Origin: Bacilli bacterium
GTDB lineage: Bacteria; Bacillota_I; Bacilli_A; RFN20; CAG-826
NCBI GenBank assembly: GCA_024409055.1
Contig: JAKSUL010000002.1
Coordinates: forward strand, 20,217 to 84,216
Direction of reading: 5' to 3'
DNA: 64,000 nt
Of the stretch, positions 9,655-19,463 are shown one piece after another. Within the stretch, counting starts at the first letter, position 1. Every line of letters begins with the position of its first letter. The notes below the pieces were generated by a model, which saw only the letters and a list, made by a program, of their open reading frames with translations, did no database searches and was not told where the DNA came from. The position numbers were made by a program, and so were the translations under genes.

Positions 9655-11701
9655 CTTTTAGCTCCTGACATAGAGATTTTGTTTTGACGCTTTTGGCGGC
9701 AAAAGAGGTCCCGGCATAGGCGACAAGCATCGAAAAGAGGGAGAGTAAAACAAGAAGAAAGGCCGGAATATTCAAAAAGGAGAGAAACGGAATCGCTATC
9801 AAACCATTTAACGAAAACCGGGTTGCGATGAAAGAATTGACCGCCCTTTCTAGTAGAGGACAAAGCGCGAATGAAATCACGCCCGAAAGAAGAGAGACAG
9901 TTACCGATTCATTCACAAAAATCGAATTGATCTGATCTTTATTGCCGCCGATAGACAAGATGATGGCGGCTTCTTTCTTTTTCGATATGAAATTTGAGTA
10001 TCCGGTCATGCCTTCAATGACTGCTATGCCCACTATCGCAAGCGCCACAAATAGAACCAAAGCCATCGAAAAAGCATCGGTCAAAGACGAAAAAGCGGTC
10101 TTTATTTCATAACAAGACGATTCGATAGAAAGGAACGATCCTTTTTCCTTCAATCTTTCCAATCGTTGATGAAGAAGAGGGACGGATGATTGTCTTTTGG
10201 CGAAAAGCAGATAATCGAGCCCCGTGAAATTTTCTTTATCATCGCCTTCGACCACCGCTTTCTTAAGTGAGGAAGTTTCACTTATCATCGTCTCATCCAA
10301 ATACGAGTCTAGCGATAAATAGGAATAATAGACTTTTGGGGAGTTGAGGAATGAGAATTCAGACACCACTCCTTTGATCAAAAAAGAAAAGGATAGTCTC
10401 CCCTCTATTTGTTTTCCTTCGAAGGGAAAGGAATATTCGGATTGAAAATATATGTTTTTGCCGATGCAATCTCCGAAAGCGGAAACAAATTCTTCATTTA
10501 CCACCACTTCATCCAAATTGCTTCCTGTTGGTGCTTCCCCCATTTTCAAAAACGAGGAATCATAAGACTTCATCGAAAGATCGTAGACAGGGAAAAACGA
10601 GGTCCCTTCCTTCTTCTCACCGTCAAGTTCAAATGCCGAATATTGAGGCAAGAAAAAAGAATAGTCGGGCGCTATAACGACTCCGTCGATCCCTTCTATC
10701 GAATCCTTCGCGCTCTCAATGGTCGGTCTTTTCCTTCTCACCATTCGCAAAGGCGAATTCTCAATATCGATATACGTCTTTTCACTAACGCTGCACTTCA
10801 TATATTCCAATGAACGTGTCTGCTCTTTTTCGATACACGTATTGCTGCCTAAATAAAAGCCTAAGGAAAGCAAAAGGGATGAATACCCGATTAATCCCGA
10901 AAGAAAACAGATACTGTTCTTTAGTTTGTGGTTCTTAAAATGAGAAGCCGTAAAGCGTCTAATCCAGGACGATTTATAGCCATGCGGTTTTTCGATGTCC
11001 TCTTCAACTTCGTTAATCTCCTCTTTGAGCTTTTTGGGGAACAGATGGCCGCCATCTATTTCAAAAATCTCATCACTATATCGTTCAATCATCTCATCGT
11101 TATGCGAAACGTAGATGACTAGCTTTTCCTTCGAAATATCTTTTAATAAAGACATTATTGAGTGTCCATTCGAAGAATCTAAAGCTCCAGTCGGTTCATC
11201 AGCGATAATGACCGATGGATCGTTCGCCAAAGATCTAGCGATTGCTACCCTTTGTCTTTCTCCGCCAGAAAGGAGAGATATGTCTTTTTTGGCGAACCGA
11301 GATAAGCCAACTAAGGAAAGGAGAGTCTCTCCCCTTTCTTTTGCCTCTTTCTTTTTCATTCCTTTCATTGTCATCGGAAGCATAACGTTATCGATCACGT
11401 TCATTCCCGAGATGAGGTTATAGTGCTGAAAAACGATGCCTATCGTATGGAGTCTCCACAAAGAAAGTTTCTTCTCGCTCCATGATGAAATGGGGCGGCC
11501 ATTGAAAATCAGTTTTCCCTCGGTTGGTTTTAGTAATGAAGAAATTACGTTTAGGAGCGTGCTTTTCCCAGAACCGGACTTACCTTTTATCGCAATCAAA
11601 CCTCTATACGGAAAAGAGACATTTATATGCCTTATTGGATAAATTGAGCCCGAAGGGGTGTCGAATTTGACCCCCACATCGGATAGACGAATAAGTGGCA
11701 A
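9647..11701 (-). CDS. ABC transporter, fused ATPase-permease (MacB/FtsX type)
   Basis: GKSGSGKS, LSGGERQR, IIADEPTGALD, FtsX-like C-terminal TMs. Confidence 0.85.
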   Translation of the reverse strand: MPLIRLSDVGVKFDTPSGSIYPIRHINVSFPYRGLIAIKGKSGSGKSTLLNVISSLLKPTEGKLIFNGRPISSWSEKKLSLWRLHTIGIVFQHYNLISGMNVIDNVMLPMTMKGMKKKEAKERGETLLSLVGLSRFAKKDISLLSGGERQRVAIARSLANDPSVIIADEPTGALDSSNGHSIMSLLKDISKEKLVIYVSHNDEMIERYSDEIFEIDGGHLFPKKLKEEINEVEEDIEKPHGYKSSWIRRFTASHFKNHKLKNSICFLSGLIGYSSLLLSLGFYLGSNTCIEKEQTRSLEYMKCSVSEKTYIDIENSPLRMVRRKRPTIESAKDSIEGIDGVVIAPDYSFFLPQYSAFELDGEKKEGTSFFPVYDLSMKSYDSSFLKMGEAPTGSNLDEVVVNEEFVSAFGDCIGKNIYFQSEYSFPFEGKQIEGRLSFSFLIKGVVSEFSFLNSPKVYYSYLSLDSYLDETMISETSSLKKAVVEGDDKENFTGLDYLLFAKRQSSVPLLHQRLERLKEKGSFLSIESSCYEIKTAFSSLTDAFSMALVLFVALAIVGIAVIEGMTGYSNFISKKKEAAIILSIGGNKDQINSIFVNESVTVSLLSGVISFALCPLLERAVNSFIATRFSLNGLIAIPFLSFLNIPAFLLVLLSLFSMLVAYAGTSFAAKSVKTKSLCQELKDE

Positions 11702-11750
11702 AAGAAAACCTCCTACTATTCAATAGGAGGAAATCTTCAAAAAAGGGCAA

Positions 11751-11966
11751 TTAACCTAACGGTCCTTCTTTATGTTCGATAACTTTTTTGATGCGGCTAT
11801 TGAAGGCGTCCCTGTCGAGCATGATGACATTTCCACATCCAAGGCATTTGATTTTGATATCAGCGCCGACGCGGACTATTTGGAATTGTTTGCTCTTAGC
11901 AAAGCAAGGATGAGGCTTTTTCATCTCCACCACATCGAAGAGGTCATAATGCGGTATTTCTACCAC
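11751..11966 (-). CDS. DUF951 family protein
   Basis: DVVEMKKPHPC...RVGADIKIKCLGCG. Confidence 0.85.
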   Translation of the reverse strand: MVEIPHYDLFDVVEMKKPHPCFAKSKQFQIVRVGADIKIKCLGCGNVIMLDRDAFNSRIKKVIEHKEGPLG

Positions 11967-13579
11967 GGCATGTCCTCCATCTTGACGGCAGCCGGAACTT
12001 TTGGAAGCCCTGGCATCGTCATGATTTTGCCAGTGAGCGGGACAATGAAGCCGGCTCCGGCGGACAAATTCACTTCACGGATAGTGATGGTGAATCCTTT
12101 TGGAGCACCGAGAACTTTTGGATCATCGGATAAGGACTGTGGAGTCTTGGCCATACAGATGAAGGAATCTCCGTATCCCATTTCGGTATAGAGTTTGATC
12201 TGCTCTTCGGCCTTTTCGGTGTAAACGACGTCTTTGGCGCCGTAGATGTTCTTGCAGATGGTTTCGATCTTTTCCTTAACCGGGAGCTTAAGATCGTAAA
12301 TCGGATGGTAATTGGATTGTTCTTCGTCGAGGGTTTTCTTGACGAGTTCGGCAAGCTCAATGGATCCTTCACCACCTTTGATGAAGCCATCGAGGAAGGC
12401 CACTTTGTATCCTTTTTCTTCGCACCACTTCCTAAGGCAGGCGACTTCTTTTTCTGAATCGCTTCCGAAGTGATTGATGGCGACGACAACCGGCAAGCCG
12501 TATTTCTTGATGTTCTCCAAATGGACTTCGAGGTTCGGAAGTCCTTTTTCCAAAGCTTCGACATCTTCTTTGGCCAAATCTTCAAAAGCGAGGCCTCCGT
12601 GCATCTTTAAAGCCCTGATGGTGGCAACCATGACGACAAGGTTCGGCTTGATACCAGCGGCGCGGCACTTGATATCGAGGAATTTTTCGGCGCCTAAATC
12701 GGCGGCGAATCCGGCTTCGGTAATGGTAATCGGGGCAAGTTTTAAGGCGAGTTTTGTGGCGATGATGGAATTGCAGCCGTGGGCGATATTAGCGAAAGGT
12801 CCGCCATGGACGAGAACCGGATTGTTCTCAAGAGTCTGAACGAGGTTTGGCTTCAAAGCTTCCCTCATGAGTTTCATGATGGCGTGGCTGATATTCAATT
12901 CGTTGACAGTAACCGGTTTGCCATCTTTGGTATAGGCAACAATTATGCGACGGACTCTATTAACGAAGTCGTTCTCGTCTTTGGCTAAGCAAAGAATAGC
13001 CATCATTTCAGAGGCGACGGTGATGACGAATTCATCGTGACGTGGCTCTCCTTTTGGATCATCTTGCCCAACGGTGATGGAACGAAGAGCCCTATCGTTC
13101 ATATCCATGGCCCTTTTCCAAACGATTCTATTAGGATCGATGTTTAGGGGATTTCCTTGGTAAATAGAGTTATCGATAATGGCGGAGATAAGATTGATTG
13201 AGGAGGTCAAGGCGTGCATGTCTCCGGTGAAGTGGAGATTGATGTCTTCAGACGGCCCGATAGAGGCAAGTCCTCCGCCTGTGGCGCCACCTTTAATTCC
13301 GAAAACCGGTCCAAGGGAGGGTTCTCTCAAAGCGAGCATGGCTTTAACGCCAATGCGTCCGAACCCTTCGGCAAGAGCGATAGAGGTCGTGGTTTTTCCT
13401 TCTCCGGCTTTCGTCGGGGTAATCGCGGTAACCAAAACAAGCTTTCCGTTTTCTTTATCCTTGAGGGTTTCCATCAAAGGGGCGACGTCGATTTTGGCTT
13501 TTAATTTGCCATATGGTTCGACGAACTCTGGGGCAATGCCGGCTTTTTCGGCGATTTTATTAATTTCTATTAGGGCCAT
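11960..13579 (-). CDS. fhs: Formate--tetrahydrofolate ligase
   Basis: TAITPTKAGEGKTTT, KGGATGGG, HGGPFANIAHG, TMPGLPK. Confidence 0.97.
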   Translation of the reverse strand: MALIEINKIAEKAGIAPEFVEPYGKLKAKIDVAPLMETLKDKENGKLVLVTAITPTKAGEGKTTTSIALAEGFGRIGVKAMLALREPSLGPVFGIKGGATGGGLASIGPSEDINLHFTGDMHALTSSINLISAIIDNSIYQGNPLNIDPNRIVWKRAMDMNDRALRSITVGQDDPKGEPRHDEFVITVASEMMAILCLAKDENDFVNRVRRIIVAYTKDGKPVTVNELNISHAIMKLMREALKPNLVQTLENNPVLVHGGPFANIAHGCNSIIATKLALKLAPITITEAGFAADLGAEKFLDIKCRAAGIKPNLVVMVATIRALKMHGGLAFEDLAKEDVEALEKGLPNLEVHLENIKKYGLPVVVAINHFGSDSEKEVACLRKWCEEKGYKVAFLDGFIKGGEGSIELAELVKKTLDEEQSNYHPIYDLKLPVKEKIETICKNIYGAKDVVYTEKAEEQIKLYTEMGYGDSFICMAKTPQSLSDDPKVLGAPKGFTITIREVNLSAGAGFIVPLTGKIMTMPGLPKVPAAVKMEDMPW

Positions 13580-13610
13580 ATTGATTCTCCTTAAACTCTA
13601 TAAGTTTATT

Positions 13611-14303
13611 TTACCTATATTTATCTTTTAGTGTATTGATAACTACCGAAGCCATTGTCAATCCAGCGGCGCTTGGAACCATCATCATCGACGAAGGCAC
13701 CATTCCTTTTTTAACAGGAAGTTCGGTTGAGCAAACAACTTTTATCGAAGCTAAGCTCAATCCGTTTTTTCTGAAGACACTCCTTATCTTTTTAGCAAGA
13801 GGGTCATTTTCCGTTTTGGACAAAGGCATAACGGCGATCTTTGTCGGGTCAAGCCTATTGGCCATTCCAAGCGACATGATGAGCGGGATGCCGTTTTCGG
13901 TGCAGTGTTTGGCTAAAGCCAATTTCCCTTCGACATCATCGATCGCATCCACGACATAGTCACAATCTTTAAGGTGGAATTCTTCGAAGAACTCAGGGCT
14001 GATGCGGGCAAAGACTTTCTCAATATCGGTTTTCTTATTTATCGTTTTCAGCCTCTTGGCGGCAACATCCGTTTTTCTTTTTCCAACATCTTTGGAGGTA
14101 TAAAGAATCTGTCGGTTGAGGTTGGTGACATCGACTTTGTCACAGTCGATTATTTTCAAGGAACGAACGCCAGACCTAAGAAGACATTCAGCAGCCGTTC
14201 CGCCCACTCCGCCTAAACCGATGACGGCGACTTTGCAGTTGAACAAGGATTTAACCTCATCGTTTCCTATTAATAGAGCGGATCTCTCGAACATATCACT
14301 CAT
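13611..14303 (-). CDS. tcdA: tRNA threonylcarbamoyladenosine dehydratase (ThiF/E1-like)
   Basis: IGLGGVGG, TNLNRQ, DYVVDAID, DPLAKKIR, VPSAAGL. Confidence 0.85.
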   Translation of the reverse strand: MSDMFERSALLIGNDEVKSLFNCKVAVIGLGGVGGTAAECLLRSGVRSLKIIDCDKVDVTNLNRQILYTSKDVGKRKTDVAAKRLKTINKKTDIEKVFARISPEFFEEFHLKDCDYVVDAIDDVEGKLALAKHCTENGIPLIMSLGMANRLDPTKIAVMPLSKTENDPLAKKIRSVFRKNGLSLASIKVVCSTELPVKKGMVPSSMMMVPSAAGLTMASVVINTLKDKYR

Positions 14304-15168
14304 GGTTTAAGTCCTCCATTATCTCTTCTATCGAAGACACGTTTTTGGCGTTGAATTGGTGGCGGAAGAACGTTTCCTGCCTCTTTATGTAATGCCTCGT
14401 CGCATCTTTGATTGTTTGTTTTGCTTCGTCCAAAGTAATTTCCTTATCGAAGTAAGGGAAGAATTCCTTCACTCCAATCGCTCTAAAAGCATGTGGTTCA
14501 CGCCCATACTTATTCACAAGGGTCGTTACTTCGTTTTCGATTCCGATCTCAAACATTTTATCGACTCTAGCTTCAACGCGTTCGTATAGAGGCTTCCTCT
14601 CCATCGATAAGGCATAAAATCTCGTTTCGAAGATCGGCTCATGGTTTTGTTCATCAATCAATTCGCTTTTAGGTTTGCCATTAGCCAGGCATATCTCAAT
14701 AGCCCTTTTAACCCTAATGCGATTATTCATGTGAATCTTCTTGGCCTCAAGAGGATCAAGTTTCTCGAGTTCCTTATGAAGATCTTCGTTGGTTAGAAGC
14801 TCATATTTGCTCATATCCACCGAAACGGATGGCTTGAACTCATAGTCGTATAAACCGGCCCTGATATATAAACCGGTTCCTCCCGCGATTATCGGCGTCT
14901 TCCCACGAGATAAGACATCCTTGATCGTTCTTCTAAGGTCTTCTTGGTACTGACTGACGTCATAATCCTTCGTCAGAGGAACGAAAGAGAAGAGATGATG
15001 AGAGACTTCTTTCATCATTTGCTCAGTCGGTTTTGCCGTAGCAATCGATAGTTCTTCATACACCTGAAAAGCATCGGCGTTGATTATTTCGCCATCGATT
15101 CGTTTCGCTAATTCAATGGCGAGGTCACTTTTTCCAGATCCGGTTGCGCCGGTGATAACAATGATCAT
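14296..15168 (-). CDS. miaA: tRNA dimethylallyltransferase
   Basis: GATGSGKS, NADAFQVY, GGTGLY, TRHYIKRQ. Confidence 0.95.
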   Translation of the reverse strand: MIIVITGATGSGKSDLAIELAKRIDGEIINADAFQVYEELSIATAKPTEQMMKEVSHHLFSFVPLTKDYDVSQYQEDLRRTIKDVLSRGKTPIIAGGTGLYIRAGLYDYEFKPSVSVDMSKYELLTNEDLHKELEKLDPLEAKKIHMNNRIRVKRAIEICLANGKPKSELIDEQNHEPIFETRFYALSMERKPLYERVEARVDKMFEIGIENEVTTLVNKYGREPHAFRAIGVKEFFPYFDKEITLDEAKQTIKDATRHYIKRQETFFRHQFNAKNVSSIEEIMEDLNHE

Positions 15169-16907
15169 TTAAGGCCTTCCGTAATTTCTTTTAAAAGAGA
15201 TTCAACGTCGTCGTGTAAAGCGGCGTAGTTATGAATCAAAGGATGCTCCTCATACTCTTTCATGAGGGACGCATACTTTTCTTTTGCAATTTTATGTGCT
15301 TCGTCATCAACAACCTTTGAAGCCAAATCCCTTTGGGCGGCTTCGATATCTTTTCTTAAAGCGATTAGGCTTTCATCTTCGTCGATTGCCTTGCTAACGC
15401 TCAAAAACTCTTTGATGAGAGGGTCTTTAAGAAGGTTTTCTTTAAAGGCCTTAGCCTTGATGATAAGAGGGTCTTCAACCAATTCTCCAATCATAGAGAA
15501 AGCGTGGTCTTCGATGATTTTGACATCCACTATTTCGCCCTTCAAATACGACGGGCCTCTAAAGTTGATCAATTTGCTGTTCTCGGTATATCCAGATAAC
15601 ATCGTTTCATCTTTTTTAGAAGGTCCATCAACCAAAACTTTATACGTCTTTCCGACCATGGTTTTACTATGGGACATTACGCCCGATTCAATAACCTTCA
15701 AAAGGCGATTGAACCTTTCGTGTTTATCTTCGTCGGAAACGTTATCCGCGATCGCCGCGGCCGGCGTTCCTTTTCTCGGAGAGTAGATGAACGTGAAAGC
15801 GGCGTCGTATTTAACTTCTTCACACAAAGTGAGGGTGTCTTCGAATTGCTCGGCGGTCTCGTTCGGAAAGCCGACGATGATATCGGTCGTTAAAGCGACG
15901 TCCGGAATTCTTTCCCTGATGTTTTTAACAAGGGCCAAGTATTCTTCCCTTGTGTATCTACGGCCCATGAGGCGAAGCATCTCGGTTGATCCAGACTGAA
16001 CCGGGAGATGAATGCATTTCATGATATTTGGGTATTTGGCGATGATATCGATCATCTCCAAAGAGAAATCCCAAGGATGAGAGGTCATGAAACGGAGACG
16101 GGCAATTCCGAGTTTAGCGACTTCTTCCAAAACTGTCGCGAAGCTCGTCCCGTCTTTGAAGTCTTTGCCGTAACTATTTACGTTTTGCCCTAATAGGGTG
16201 ATTTCCTTGTATCCAGCTTCAATCAGTTCTTTGCATTCTTTGAGAATATCCTCCAAAGGACGGCTTCTTTCGCGACCTCTTGTATATGGAACGATGCAAT
16301 ATGTGCAGAACTTATCGCAGCCATACGAAATATTGACAAAAGCCTTATACGGATCGTTTCTTTTCGCCGGCAAATCTTCGATGATGTCTCCCGCAAAAGA
16401 ATGGATATCCACGATGGTTTTATGTCTTTCGACCGACTCGGCTAATAAATCAAGGAGATCGGGAACGTTATGGGTTCCGAAAATCAAAGTGATATGAGGA
16501 TAAGAGGCCAATAACTTTTGGGCCACTCCTTCCTCTTGCATCATGCATCCGCAGACGGCGAGCATGAAATCTTTGTTGGCTTTTTTGTTGGCTTTGAATT
16601 TGCCGATTTCACCATAGACTTTATCTTCGGCGTTTTCCCTGACGGCGCACGTATTGATGATGACTAGATCGGCTTCTTTCTCAACTGTGGTTTTTGTAAA
16701 ACCAGCAAGTTCAAGAAGGCCCGCCATCGTCTCTTCATCACGCACGTTGCCCTGGCAGCCAAATGTTTTGATTAGGTATTTCTTTCCTTTTGCGAACGAA
16801 GAAAGAGACGGAGCGACTGTTTTCTCTCCACGAATGAGTTTGGCTTTTTCGACGCGGCTCCTGGCGAGTTTCATCTCGGGGAGCGACTTTATTACGCAAC
16901 GACCCAT
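15165..16907 (-). CDS. miaB: tRNA-2-methylthio-N6-dimethylallyladenosine synthase with a C-terminal YlbF/YmcA(RicA)-like extension
   Basis: TFGCQGN, NTCAVRENAE, GCDKFCTYC radical SAM motif, TRAM domain ending GELVE, then ~100 aa helical domain ending EHPLIHNY...LLKEIT. Confidence 0.93.
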   Translation of the reverse strand: MGRCVIKSLPEMKLARSRVEKAKLIRGEKTVAPSLSSFAKGKKYLIKTFGCQGNVRDEETMAGLLELAGFTKTTVEKEADLVIINTCAVRENAEDKVYGEIGKFKANKKANKDFMLAVCGCMMQEEGVAQKLLASYPHITLIFGTHNVPDLLDLLAESVERHKTIVDIHSFAGDIIEDLPAKRNDPYKAFVNISYGCDKFCTYCIVPYTRGRERSRPLEDILKECKELIEAGYKEITLLGQNVNSYGKDFKDGTSFATVLEEVAKLGIARLRFMTSHPWDFSLEMIDIIAKYPNIMKCIHLPVQSGSTEMLRLMGRRYTREEYLALVKNIRERIPDVALTTDIIVGFPNETAEQFEDTLTLCEEVKYDAAFTFIYSPRKGTPAAAIADNVSDEDKHERFNRLLKVIESGVMSHSKTMVGKTYKVLVDGPSKKDETMLSGYTENSKLINFRGPSYLKGEIVDVKIIEDHAFSMIGELVEDPLIIKAKAFKENLLKDPLIKEFLSVSKAIDEDESLIALRKDIEAAQRDLASKVVDDEAHKIAKEKYASLMKEYEEHPLIHNYAALHDDVESLLKEITEGLK

Positions 16908-16909
16908 AG

Positions 16910-17701
16910 TTATTTTCCTTTCTCCGATCTGATGTTGATTGGCTCAATATGAATGGCCAATCCGGTTTCTTCATCGATTTCGATGAAAGCTCCGCAAATG
17001 ATAGTATCAGCCTCTTCCTCAATTTGGAAACGACTATTCTCATTTCCGTAGACAACTTTGTCTACGACCGACTTCTTTTCGAAGCCAATAACCGAATCAT
17101 ACGATCCGCACATTCCGACGTCACACATGAAGGCGGTTCCTCCAGGGAGAATCCTGGCGTCATTAGTTTGAACGTGGGTATGAGTTCCCAAAAACGCAGA
17201 CACCTTCCCATCGAAAGCATAAGCAAGTGATTGCTTTTCCGAGGTTGAATCGGCATGGAAATCAACGATATGGATAGCGACGTGCTCTTCTTTATCGATG
17301 TTGGTTAGAGCCGCTAGAGGACTTTCGACCTGCTCTTTCATAAAAGCTTGGCCCAAAACATTAGTGACCCTGACCTCATAGCCGTTCACGTCATATATCG
17401 CCGAACCAACCCCATGATAATAGTTGAGGATGTTTACGGGGCGGATCAATTGGTCATAGTCGTCTATATAGTCGTCAATCTGCTGTTTGTCGTGCCAATG
17501 GTTTCCCAAAGTAACGACATCGATTCCAGCATCGAGGAGATCGTTTAAATCCTTTTCGGTTAAGCCGCGACCTTTTGATACGTTTTCGCCGTTAGCTATC
17601 ACTAAATCGGGTTCGTATTTTCTCCTCAAAGTAGGCAAAAGGGAGGACACGGCCGTTAAGCCGATCCTCCCAACAATGTCTCCAAAAAATAGGATGTTCA
17701 T
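16910..17701 (-). CDS. ymdB: YmdB family 2',3'-cyclic phosphodiesterase (TIGR00282)
   Basis: GDIVG, NGEN, TLGNH, DFHADSTSEK, GTHTHVQT. Confidence 0.93.
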   Translation of the reverse strand: MNILFFGDIVGRIGLTAVSSLLPTLRRKYEPDLVIANGENVSKGRGLTEKDLNDLLDAGIDVVTLGNHWHDKQQIDDYIDDYDQLIRPVNILNYYHGVGSAIYDVNGYEVRVTNVLGQAFMKEQVESPLAALTNIDKEEHVAIHIVDFHADSTSEKQSLAYAFDGKVSAFLGTHTHVQTNDARILPGGTAFMCDVGMCGSYDSVIGFEKKSVVDKVVYGNENSRFQIEEEADTIICGAFIEIDEETGLAIHIEPINIRSEKGK

Positions 17702-17728
17702 GGGGGCGTTCCCCCTTTCTAGCCGAGA

Positions 17729-19294
17729 TTATTTAGCGGTCTCGACGGCCCTGTATTCGCGAATGACGGAAACTTTGATTTGTCCCGGATAAGTCATCTC
17801 GCTCTCAATCTTGTCTTTAACTTGCTGGGCAAGGACGACAGCCTGAGAGTCGTTGATCTTTTCCGGAATGACCATGATGCGGATTTCGCGGCCGGCCTGG
17901 AGGCTATAAGCCTGCTGGACGCCGTCGAATTCCTTGGCGATCGTTTCAAGCTGCTCGATTCTCTTGATGTAGGTCTCAAGGGTTTCGCTTCTGGCACCCG
18001 GACGGGCGGCAGAAAGGGTATCAGCGGCGTGAACAAGGTTAGAGATGATGTACTTGGCCGGATAGTCTCCGTGGTGGCTTTCGATGGCGTTGATGACAAC
18101 GTCCGGTTCGCCATATTTACGAGCAAGCTTAGAGCCAAGCTCAACGTGGCTTCCTTCCATCTCGAAGTCGATGGCTTTTCCGATATCGTGGAGCAATCCT
18201 GCTCTCTTGGCTAAAGACTGGTCTAAGCCAAGTTCAGCCGCCATGATTCCGGTGAGATAAGCAACTTCCATAGAGTGGTCGAGACCATTTTGTCCATAGG
18301 AGGTTCTGTAGTGAAGGCGTCCGATGTAGTTGACGAGTTCGCGATTGATGCGCGGAAGGCCAAGTTTGAAGCAGGCTTCTTCACCATACTTCTGAGTGGA
18401 TTCTTCGACTTCTTTTTTGCATTTAGCGACGACTTCCTCAATGCGTCCTGGCTGGATGCGTCCATCTTTAACCAAGTGTTCAAGGGTGCGTCTGGCGATT
18501 TCGCGGCGGATCGGATCAAAGCAGGAAACGGTGATGACTTCTGGAGTGTCATCGACGACGAGGTCAACGCCAAGCTGAGTTTCCAAAGCGTGGATGTTGC
18601 GACCTTCACGTCCGATGATGCGTCCCTTCATCTCATCGCTTGGAAGAGCGACGACGGAGACGGTTCTTTCAGTGGTGACGTCTTGCGCGTATTTGGCACA
18701 GGCAAGAGATAAGAGATCGGTGGCTTTGGCCTCGGCAGTAGCCTTGGCTTCGTCTTCCTGGTTCTTGATGTAAGCAGCGATTTCGACGGCCATCTTGGAC
18801 TCGACGCGAGCCATGATTTCGTCGTGGGCTTCTTTAACGGAAAGGCCGGAGACCTTTTCGAGTTCGGCGATGATAGAATCGATTTTCTTGTCGAGTTCCT
18901 CTTCCTTGACTTCGTAGCTATGAATCCTAGCGTCGAGAGATTCGCTCTTGCGGTCGAGGGTGTTCTCCTTTTGGGAAAGGGCGGCTTCCCTTTGAGCAAA
19001 GGCTTTTTCCTTCAACGAGAGGTTCTGTTCAAGAGCGGCGATTTCACCCTTGCGGACTCTGACATCGTTGTCGGCTTGCTGCCTAGCTTCGAAAGCGGCT
19101 TGCTTGGCGTCGATTTCGGCGTTTTTGACAATCCTTTCGGCTTTGATTTCGGCATCTTTAATAATGCCTTTGGCACTCTTTTGAGCGCTCGTGGTCTTAT
19201 TCTTGTTCAACAAGAACATGACGAGAATGGCAACTCCTGCGCCAACAGCGAGAGTGATTATGGCGAGGATCCATTCGAACGGTTGTTCAAACAT
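17729..19294 (-). CDS. rny: Ribonuclease Y
   Basis: N-terminal TM, coiled coil, KH motif KGRIIGREGRNI, HD motif LLHDIGK. Confidence 0.97.
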   Translation of the reverse strand: MFEQPFEWILAIITLAVGAGVAILVMFLLNKNKTTSAQKSAKGIIKDAEIKAERIVKNAEIDAKQAAFEARQQADNDVRVRKGEIAALEQNLSLKEKAFAQREAALSQKENTLDRKSESLDARIHSYEVKEEELDKKIDSIIAELEKVSGLSVKEAHDEIMARVESKMAVEIAAYIKNQEDEAKATAEAKATDLLSLACAKYAQDVTTERTVSVVALPSDEMKGRIIGREGRNIHALETQLGVDLVVDDTPEVITVSCFDPIRREIARRTLEHLVKDGRIQPGRIEEVVAKCKKEVEESTQKYGEEACFKLGLPRINRELVNYIGRLHYRTSYGQNGLDHSMEVAYLTGIMAAELGLDQSLAKRAGLLHDIGKAIDFEMEGSHVELGSKLARKYGEPDVVINAIESHHGDYPAKYIISNLVHAADTLSAARPGARSETLETYIKRIEQLETIAKEFDGVQQAYSLQAGREIRIMVIPEKINDSQAVVLAQQVKDKIESEMTYPGQIKVSVIREYRAVETAK

Positions 19295-19325
19295 TTTTTA
19301 CTCCTTAGTTTGTATAGTCCAAAAA

Positions 19326-19440
19326 GCGCACTATGCCACCTAGGCTGAAAATGATTGCTTCTATGGTTTTTTATATAAAGGCCTAAGCCAATAACAGGGA
19401 CCAATCCAATCTATGGGTGGCAAGTGCCCCACTGGGCACG
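19326..19440 (-). ncRNA. Candidate structured RNA upstream of rny (6S-like or rny leader)
   Basis: Minus-strand GCAC-U-UGCCACC...GGUGGCA-UA-GUGC closing stem around an AU-rich interior; competing GUGCCC-AGUG-GGGCAC hairpin; no ORF. Confidence 0.4.
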
Positions 19441-19463
19441 TGGTTATTTTACCAAGACGAAGT

